Source: Candidatus Latescibacterota bacterium | Lineage (GTDB): Bacteria > Latescibacterota > UBA2968 > GCA-2709665 | Assembly (NCBI GenBank): GCA_965237675.1 | Contig: OZ250150.1 | Span: forward strand, 768,001 to 832,000 | Direction: 5' to 3' | DNA: 64,000 nucleotides | In this document: positions 57,291-64,000 of the stretch, piece by piece | How the letters are laid out: each line of letters begins with the position of its first letter | Position numbering within the stretch: the first letter of the stretch is position 1 | Translations under genes and position numbers: made by a program | Notes under the pieces: generated by a model | What the model was told of the DNA's origin: nothing | Seen by the model: the letters and a program-made list of their open reading frames with translations, nothing else | The model's database searches: none

Positions 57291-57320
57291 CGTAGGGGCG
57301 ACCGGCCGGTCGCCCCTACA
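57291..57320. repeat. REP-like palindrome
   Basis: CGTAGGGGCGACCGGCCGGTCGCCCCTACA: GTAG-led perfect hairpin. Confidence 0.75.
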
Positions 57321-57816
57321 GATCCCGAGCGGCGGTTCCTGCGAGGACACCTCACGTCCGCATGGTGGCGGAGAGGGGGGTTTTTCCACGCTAATCCGTC
57401 CAGCATTGAAGCAACATGGGGCGGTATTCGTACGCAGGTCACAATCGCTAATCTACGCCACAGACGAGATTCGTGGAAAAACCGGCTCCGCGCCGAGCGG
57501 CGCCCTTCTTTTTCGCCCTTTTTCTTGGGCGATGCAAGAAAAAGGGCAATGGAATAGGAGACGTTAGGGAGTGGGGAAGATTCTGAGTCACCGGTAACAA
57601 AACGTGGGCATTTCGACAAGCTCGTTTCGACAATCTCAACACAAGCAGCACCTGCAACGCAACCAGCGCAGACATTCCGACACGCTCAATGCAAGCAATG
57701 CAGCGAGACGGGTTGGACCAAATAGTGACGTTTTTCAGGGAAAGGACATTTCGCCCGGCCTCAAACTCAACTGTCAATAAGGCGAACTTTACATTTCACA
57801 AGGAAGGACGAAGGCG

Positions 57817-60800
57817 GTGATGCAAGTAACCTCCAGAACCGGGCTGTACCGACCGGAATTCGAACACGATGCATGTGGCGTTGGTTTTGTTGCGGATATC
57901 GGAGGCAATCGTAACGGAGAAATCATGCGCCGCGCCGTGCTTGGGCTGGCCAATCTGACCCATCGGGGCGCGATGGATGCGGATGCGAAAACCGGGGACG
58001 GGGCCGGGGTGCTCACCCAGATTCCCGGGCGGTTGATCGTGCGGGAGGCTGAACGTCTGGGATACAGGGCGCCCCGCGCCGAGGACCTGGCCATCGGCAT
58101 GCTGTTCCTGTCTCAGGACAGGGTGACGAACGACCGGTATCGGATCATCGTCGACGAAGCAACCGATCACTACGGGCTCGTGCTGATTGGATGGCGGTCG
58201 GTGCCGGTGGACCGGACGGTCCTCGGCGACAGGGCGGCGGAGCTGATGCCGGATATTCAGCAGGTGCTTATCGCCCGTGGAGAGCGGATGTCCGACGCGG
58301 AGTTCGAGCGTGCGCTGTATCTGGTTCGACGGCAGGTGGAGAGATCCGTGCGGAGGCACGGAATGGAGGGTTGCTATATTTGCTCGCTGTCCAACCGGAC
58401 CATCGTTTATAAAGGGATGATGGTGGCCGCGCAGCTTGCGCGGTTTTACAGGGATCTTCAGAATCCTGACTTCGATACCGCACTGGCCGTTTTTCACCAG
58501 CGCTACAGCACCAACACGCTGCCCGACTGGTTCCTTGCACAACCGTTTCGATATCTCGCCCACAACGGCGAAATCAATACCCTTCGGGGCAATGTGAATT
58601 GGATGCGGGCGCGCGAGGCGGAGCTCAAATCCAGGGCCTGGGGCCGGTATCTGGATCGAATCAAGCCCATTATCGACGAAACACGCAGCGATTCGGCAAT
58701 GCTCGACAATGTCTTTGAAACGCTCGTGGTGGCTGGACGGGATCCGATGCACGCGATGATGATGCTGATTCCGGAGGCATATCGGGAAATACCCGACATG
58801 CCGGAGGATCTGCGTGGCTTTTATGAGTATAACGAGTGTCTGATGGAACCCTGGGACGGACCCGCCGCGGTCGCGTTCAGCGACGGCGCGGTCGTCGGCG
58901 CAACCCTGGACCGGAATGGGTTGCGGCCGGCCCGGTATAAGATCACGGATAGCGGTCTGATCGTTATGGGTTCCGAAGTCGGGATGCTGGAGATAGACGA
59001 CCGCCATGTTGTGGAGAAGGGTCGTCTCGGGCCGGGAGAGATGATCGCGGTGGATACGCGCAAGGGCACGCTGCTGAAAAACGACGAAATCAAATCCCAT
59101 TATGCAGGCCGCCGGCCCTACCGGCGTTGGGTGAGAGAGAACCTGGTCCGTTTCGAACCGTCGGATACCCGGCGCGAACCGTTTCCCGCGGGGGAACAGA
59201 CGGATTTTGAACGGAGGCAGTTGGCGTTCGGGTACACGGCCGACGAAATCGAATATGTCCTGGTGCCGATGGCGAACGACGGCAAGGAACCGGTCGGATC
59301 CATGGGAGACGATACGCCTCTGGCCATGTTGTCGGAGCGGCCCCAGCTTCTGTACAACTTTTTCTCGCAGCGGTTCGCGCAGGTTACGAATCCGCCGATC
59401 GATCCCCTGCGGGAAGAACTGGTGATGTCGCTGGACCTACACCTGGGGCGTCGTCGGAATATCTTCAGAGAGAAGGCGCCGTACGCACGGCTGATCCGCA
59501 TCCCCTCCCCTGTGCTGCTGGATTCTGAATTGCGGCGGCTATCCGGATCCGGGTTGCCAGGGTTCGACGCCGAGACGCTGCCGGCGCTTTTCGCTCCTTC
59601 CGAGGGAGCCGAAAGCCTGCGAAGGGCGCTGGACAGGATATGTCTGCAGGCGGTGCGCGCGGTCGAGTCCGGCAAGACCCTGTTGATTCTGAGCGACCGC
59701 GGTGTCGATTCGAACCAGGCGCCCATTCCCATGCTCCTGGCCGTGGGCGCCGTACATCATCATCTCATCCGGCAAGGGAAGCGGATGCAGGCGAGCCTGA
59801 TTGTGGAATCGGGCGAGCCCAGGGAAGTGCACCATATCGCCGCCCTGATCGGATACGGCGCCAGCGCAGTGAATCCTTATCTGGTTTACGAAAACCTGTA
59901 CGAACTGATCCGGGCCGGCAGGCTCGAAGACGAAATCACCTACGCGACAGCGCTGGCCAACTACCGGCACGCGTTGGAGGCGGGCATCCTGAAGGTGATT
60001 TGCAAGATGGGCATTTCCACGTTGAGCAGCTATTGCGGGGCGCAGATTTTCGACGCCGTCGGCCTGCATTCGGACGTGATTGACCGTTATTTCACCGGCA
60101 CGGTTTCGCAGGTGGGCGGGATTGGACTGGCGGACATCGCGGAGGATGCGGCGGAAAGACACCTGCAGGCGTTCCAGCCCGAGCGGTCGCCCGCGTTAAA
60201 AGATGCGGGCATCTATCGGTTCCGGCGAGACGGCGAGTACCATGCCTTCAATCCCCCGGTTTTCAAGGCTATCCACAGTGTGGCCAAAACCGGAAATTAT
60301 AAGGATTTCACGGCTTATTCCCGGCTGGTGGAGGGGCGGCCCGCGGCTTCGCTGCGGGACCTGATGGCATTTCGAGAGGGACACTCCGTCCCGCTCGAGG
60401 AAGTCGAGCCGGTTGAAGCCATCCGCAGGCGCTTTGTGTCCTCGGCGATGTCGCACGGAGCGCTTTCACGCGAGGCGCACGAAACGCTGGCCATTGCGTT
60501 GAACCGCATCGGCGCCAAGAGCAATAGCGGCGAGGGCGGAGAAGATCCGGCCCGGTATCGACGGCTGCCCAACGGAGACTGGCCCAACAGCGCCATCAAG
60601 CAGGTGGCGTCCGGCAGGTTTGGCGTCACGCCGGAGTACCTTGCATCGGCCAAAGAACTGGAAATCAAGATGGCGCAGGGTTCCAAACCGGGCGAGGGCG
60701 GACAGCTTCCGGGGCACAAGGTGTCCGCGGAGATCGCGCTGATCCGGCATTCGGTTCCGGGCATTACGCTGATTTCGCCGCCCCCCCATCACGATATTTA

Positions 60801-62424
60801 CAGTATCGAAGACATTGCACAGCTGATTTACGATCTGAAACGGGTAAATCCCCGGGCAAAGGTATGCGTCAAACTGGTCTCCGTGGCCGGCATCGGCACA
60901 ATTGCAGCGGGTGTGGTCAAAGGGTACGCGGACGTGGTCCATGTCAGCGGACACGACGGCGGCACCGGCGCCTCGCCCCTGGGCGCCATCAAACATTCGG
61001 GCGGGCCGTGGGAACTGGGCCTGGCGGAGGTCCAGCAAACGCTGGTGATGAACGACCTGCGCGGGCGCGTTGTGCTCCGCGTGGACGGCGGGTTAAAGAC
61101 AGCCCGGGACGTGGTGGTCGCGGCGGTTCTCGGCGCCGAGGAGTATGGGTTCGGCACGGCGGCCCTTGTGGCCATGGGTTGCGTGATGGCCCGGCAGTGC
61201 CATCTGAATACCTGTCCGGTGGGCGTGGCCACGCAAAAACCGGAATTGCGGGAAAAGTTCGACGGCTCGCCGGAGAATGTGATTCGCTACTTTACCAACC
61301 TGGCCGGTCAGGTCCGGGAGGTCCTGGCGGGGCTGGGATATCGGTCGCTGGAGGACCTGATTGGCCGGACCGAGCTTCTGGAAGCCAGGGTGGACGCGGA
61401 GAAACCCCGGTGGCGGGGGATCGACTTGAGCGATCTTTTGGCCGATCCGGATCCGGCCGGCACCCGGCCGAGGCGGCATACCCGGGAGCGCAACGACCGG
61501 CCCGATGCGTCAATCGACGACTTGCTGCTGCAGGATGCAATGGACGCAATTAAGGAGAACAGCTCGATCACGCTGAGTTACGATATTCAGAACACGCGAC
61601 GCGCGGTCGGGGCCAAGCTGGCCGGAGAGATCGCATTTCATTACGGAGACCGGGGCCTTGACAGCACCGTCGAATGCCGCTTCCGTGGCAGTGCGGGACA
61701 GAGCTTCGGAGCTTTCTGCATACGCGGGCTTCGGCTGGTCCTTACGGGTGAGGCCAACGACTATGTCGGTAAAGGGATGCACGGTGGAGAACTCATAGTG
61801 CGGCCACCCGGCAACGCCGGATTTCCGAGCCACAGGAATGCCATTGTAGGCAATACGGTGATGTACGGCGCCACCGGAGGCGTGCTTTACGCCGCAGGCT
61901 GCGCCGGTGAGAGATTCTGCGTGCGTAACAGCGGCGGTCACGCGGTCGTGGAGGGAGTGGGAGACCACGGGTGTGAGTACATGACCGCCGGGGTGGTGGT
62001 TGTGCTGGGAGGTGCCGGGCGGAACTTCGGCGCCGGAATGACGGGCGGAACCGCTTATGTGCTGGACGAAGAGGAATCGTTTGAGAATCGATACAACCCG
62101 CAGCTTGTCGGCATCCATCGCGTCGAACAGCCGGGGGACGTCGGCCTGCTGAAAAAAATGATCGGACGGCACCTCGAAAAAACCAACAGCCGCAGGGCGA
62201 GTGCCATCATCACCCGATGGGACGAGTTTCTGCCCAGATTCTGGAGAATTTCGCCGCACCCGCCGGACCACGGCGATGAATTGGTCATTCCGGATCGCTA
62301 TCGAGAAACACATCGGGAAGCCCGCCGCCAGAAAGCGCATGGCCAGCGGGACAAGCGGCCTTCCGGAAATGCGTACAGCCGGCCCGCGCGCGCGGCGACA
62401 CCCGGCGGTGCGAACGAAGGATAA
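57817..62424 (+). CDS. gltB: Glutamate synthase large subunit
   Basis: HDACGVGF, HQRYSTNT, HNGEINT, EPWDGPA, SNSGEGGE, KMAQGSKPGEGG, CVMARQCHLNTCP, GXGXG domain. Confidence 0.97.
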   Translation: MMQVTSRTGLYRPEFEHDACGVGFVADIGGNRNGEIMRRAVLGLANLTHRGAMDADAKTGDGAGVLTQIPGRLIVREAERLGYRAPRAEDLAIGMLFLSQDRVTNDRYRIIVDEATDHYGLVLIGWRSVPVDRTVLGDRAAELMPDIQQVLIARGERMSDAEFERALYLVRRQVERSVRRHGMEGCYICSLSNRTIVYKGMMVAAQLARFYRDLQNPDFDTALAVFHQRYSTNTLPDWFLAQPFRYLAHNGEINTLRGNVNWMRAREAELKSRAWGRYLDRIKPIIDETRSDSAMLDNVFETLVVAGRDPMHAMMMLIPEAYREIPDMPEDLRGFYEYNECLMEPWDGPAAVAFSDGAVVGATLDRNGLRPARYKITDSGLIVMGSEVGMLEIDDRHVVEKGRLGPGEMIAVDTRKGTLLKNDEIKSHYAGRRPYRRWVRENLVRFEPSDTRREPFPAGEQTDFERRQLAFGYTADEIEYVLVPMANDGKEPVGSMGDDTPLAMLSERPQLLYNFFSQRFAQVTNPPIDPLREELVMSLDLHLGRRRNIFREKAPYARLIRIPSPVLLDSELRRLSGSGLPGFDAETLPALFAPSEGAESLRRALDRICLQAVRAVESGKTLLILSDRGVDSNQAPIPMLLAVGAVHHHLIRQGKRMQASLIVESGEPREVHHIAALIGYGASAVNPYLVYENLYELIRAGRLEDEITYATALANYRHALEAGILKVICKMGISTLSSYCGAQIFDAVGLHSDVIDRYFTGTVSQVGGIGLADIAEDAAERHLQAFQPERSPALKDAGIYRFRRDGEYHAFNPPVFKAIHSVAKTGNYKDFTAYSRLVEGRPAASLRDLMAFREGHSVPLEEVEPVEAIRRRFVSSAMSHGALSREAHETLAIALNRIGAKSNSGEGGEDPARYRRLPNGDWPNSAIKQVASGRFGVTPEYLASAKELEIKMAQGSKPGEGGQLPGHKVSAEIALIRHSVPGITLISPPPHHDIYSIEDIAQLIYDLKRVNPRAKVCVKLVSVAGIGTIAAGVVKGYADVVHVSGHDGGTGASPLGAIKHSGGPWELGLAEVQQTLVMNDLRGRVVLRVDGGLKTARDVVVAAVLGAEEYGFGTAALVAMGCVMARQCHLNTCPVGVATQKPELREKFDGSPENVIRYFTNLAGQVREVLAGLGYRSLEDLIGRTELLEARVDAEKPRWRGIDLSDLLADPDPAGTRPRRHTRERNDRPDASIDDLLLQDAMDAIKENSSITLSYDIQNTRRAVGAKLAGEIAFHYGDRGLDSTVECRFRGSAGQSFGAFCIRGLRLVLTGEANDYVGKGMHGGELIVRPPGNAGFPSHRNAIVGNTVMYGATGGVLYAAGCAGERFCVRNSGGHAVVEGVGDHGCEYMTAGVVVVLGGAGRNFGAGMTGGTAYVLDEEESFENRYNPQLVGIHRVEQPGDVGLLKKMIGRHLEKTNSRRASAIITRWDEFLPRFWRISPHPPDHGDELVIPDRYRETHREARRQKAHGQRDKRPSGNAYSRPARAATPGGANEG

Positions 62425-62482
62425 TACCGGCTTTCTTCCGGATCCCGTACTCCCAGGATCTTATAGAACAGGAAGGGTCCTT

Positions 62483-63238
62483 ATGGTGGATATGACAGGC
62501 AAGGTGGCGTTGATTACCGGATCTTCCAGGGGCATCGGACGTGGATGCGCGGTGGAGATGGCCCGTGCCGGAGCGGATATCGCGGTGAACTACCATTCAC
62601 ATCCTGAAGACGCGGAGACCGTCGCGAACGAGGTCCGGGCACTGGGTCGGGAAGCACTGGTCGTGCAGGCGGATGTGGCGGATCGGGCGGCCGTGGACCG
62701 GATGGTGGACGCAACCGTAAGCCGTTTCGGCAGGCTGGACATTGTCGTGGCCAATGCCTATTACAGCAAACGTGAGCCCTTTCTGGAACTGTCGACACAG
62801 GCTGTTCGGCGGACGTGGGAGGTCTGTCTGTGGGGCAGCTTCCACACCGCCCAGGCCGGCGCCCGGCAGATCGTGGACCAGGGCGGAGGCGGCAGCATCC
62901 TGTTCATCAGTTCCGTGCTGGCGGAGGTGCCGATGCCGACGTCGATGCCGTACAATACGGCCAAGGCCGGCATCAACCAGATGTGCCGGACCATAGCGGC
63001 GGAGTTGGCGCCGCATCGTATCCGCGCGAACGTGATTGAACCCGGATATACCGACACGCCAGGCGAACGGCAATTCGCCACCGACGAGCAGATCAGTGAG
63101 GCGGCCAGGGGTTTGCCGTGGGGCAGGCTGGCAACCATCGAAGATCTGGGAAGGGCGGCGACGTTTTTGTGTTCCGACGCCGCCGATTACATCACGGGTA
63201 CGATTCTTAAAGTGGACGGCGGGTTCTGCCTGAAATAG
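62483..63238 (+). CDS. Short-chain dehydrogenase/reductase (glucose 1-dehydrogenase-like)
   Basis: TGSSRGIG, VANA, ISS, YNTAK, EPGYTDT. Confidence 0.93.
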   Translation: MVDMTGKVALITGSSRGIGRGCAVEMARAGADIAVNYHSHPEDAETVANEVRALGREALVVQADVADRAAVDRMVDATVSRFGRLDIVVANAYYSKREPFLELSTQAVRRTWEVCLWGSFHTAQAGARQIVDQGGGGSILFISSVLAEVPMPTSMPYNTAKAGINQMCRTIAAELAPHRIRANVIEPGYTDTPGERQFATDEQISEAARGLPWGRLATIEDLGRAATFLCSDAADYITGTILKVDGGFCLK

Positions 63239-63332
63239 TCGATACGGACCTCTCCACCCGGGGTGTAGGGGACCGGATGAGGCAGCGGGTCACGCGACGG
63301 CGATTCGCTCCACGATAATTCGGAGGAACGGC

Positions 63333-64000
63333 ATGCGGTTCGTTCGGAATACGATCTTTCTGTTGGTTCTCCTGCGGGGGGTTTCGATTCCCGCGGCTGA
63401 CGTGGTTGTGGAGATGCATCAGGACGAAATCGAAACGGAGTTGCGGTACCGCGTCGGGGTGATCGACGCGGAAACCCGTACGGTTGATTGGGGTGAGGTC
63501 GGGGCGCACGACGATGGACGGGCGCCATCGGTCGCCGTGGACGGCGACCTCGTGGTCGAGGTACACCAGTCCCATTTTGGTACGAATCTGTGGTATAAGG
63601 TTGGCGAGGTCGACGCGAGGACAAAGGCGATCCAGTGGGGCGAGGGGACGAGGTTCGACGGCGGCCAGTTTCCCATGGTCGCGCTGGAGGGCACGGTCGT
63701 GGTGGAGGTGCATCAGTCCCACATTGGCACGAATCTGTGGTACCACGTAGGGATCGTGGATCCGCTCGAGAAGACAATTGAATGGGGCGAACCTCAGAAA
63801 TACGACGGGGGGCAGTTCCCGTCGGTGGCGCTGTCGGACGGAGCGGTCGTGGAAGTCCACCAGTCCGAAGAGGGCGAACGTCTATGGTATAACGTGGGGA
63901 CCGTGGATACCACAGCGAAGTCCATTGCGTGGGGCGACGCACAGGAATACGACGGGGGTCATACGCCGTCCGTCGATATGGACGGTGGCGTGGTCATGGA
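63333..64000 (+). CDS. Secreted-looking tandem-repeat (beta-propeller-like) protein, runs off window
   Basis: Manual translation: hydrophobic N-terminus, then about 50-aa repeats VVEVHQS....LWY.VG.VD...K.I.WG....(Y/F)DGG..P.VAL (at least 4). GGAGG RBS; not in the ORF track because there is no stop. Confidence 0.8.
   Translation, partial: MRFVRNTIFLLVLLRGVSIPAADVVVEMHQDEIETELRYRVGVIDAETRTVDWGEVGAHDDGRAPSVAVDGDLVVEVHQSHFGTNLWYKVGEVDARTKAIQWGEGTRFDGGQFPMVALEGTVVVEVHQSHIGTNLWYHVGIVDPLEKTIEWGEPQKYDGGQFPSVALSDGAVVEVHQSEEGERLWYNVGTVDTTAKSIAWGDAQEYDGGHTPSVDMDGGVVM

Noticed and set aside
57364-57385. TGGCGGAGAGGGGGG resembling the reverse complement of a tRNA-Ser 3' end
   Set aside because: No T-loop (TTCGAA) or cloverleaf follows, so neither a tRNA nor an att site can be supported.
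63540-63900. DNA-level repeats at the window end as a non-coding array or DGR template/variable repeat pair
   Set aside because: They are explained by in-frame protein repeats; the differences are not adenine-specific and no reverse transcriptase is present.

Overview
Bacterial DNA, GC-rich by eye. The gene content (many heparinase II/III-like lyases, GHL10-like TIM barrels, Gfo/Idh/MocA oxidoreductases, TauD) suggests a carbohydrate-degrading lineage such as Latescibacterota/Gemmatimonadota-like sponge or marine bacteria; this is inference only. The window has three zones. (1) About 2.9-11.2 kb is a lower-GC accessory island. It holds a NucS/DUF91-like nuclease gene cleanly split by a 3,941-bp IS1595-family element (perfect 24-bp terminal inverted repeats, 8-bp target duplication TAAAATAT) carrying about 8 passenger ORFs, including a RelE/ParE-like toxin. 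A tightly coupled three-gene operon follows (two unknown proteins plus a ComEC-like MBL hydrolase) and is the best candidate here for an undescribed defence system. (2) About 11.6-40.8 kb is a sulfur/carbohydrate catabolic region: cysK, YeiH, four heparinase II/III-like proteins, three GHL10-like paralogues and an archaeal-looking redoxin flanked by a duplicated gene end. (3) About 40.9-64 kb is mostly core: a tetraether-lipid-synthase (Tes/GDGT-MAS)-like radical SAM enzyme, tig-clpP-clpX-engB, an aminotransferase, a truncated serA, purA, moaA, a sulfite/nitrite reductase, ferredoxin, gltB, an SDR and a partial repeat protein. Several MITE and short-tandem-repeat families lie in intergenic spaces. 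I saw no rRNA, tRNA or CRISPR array.
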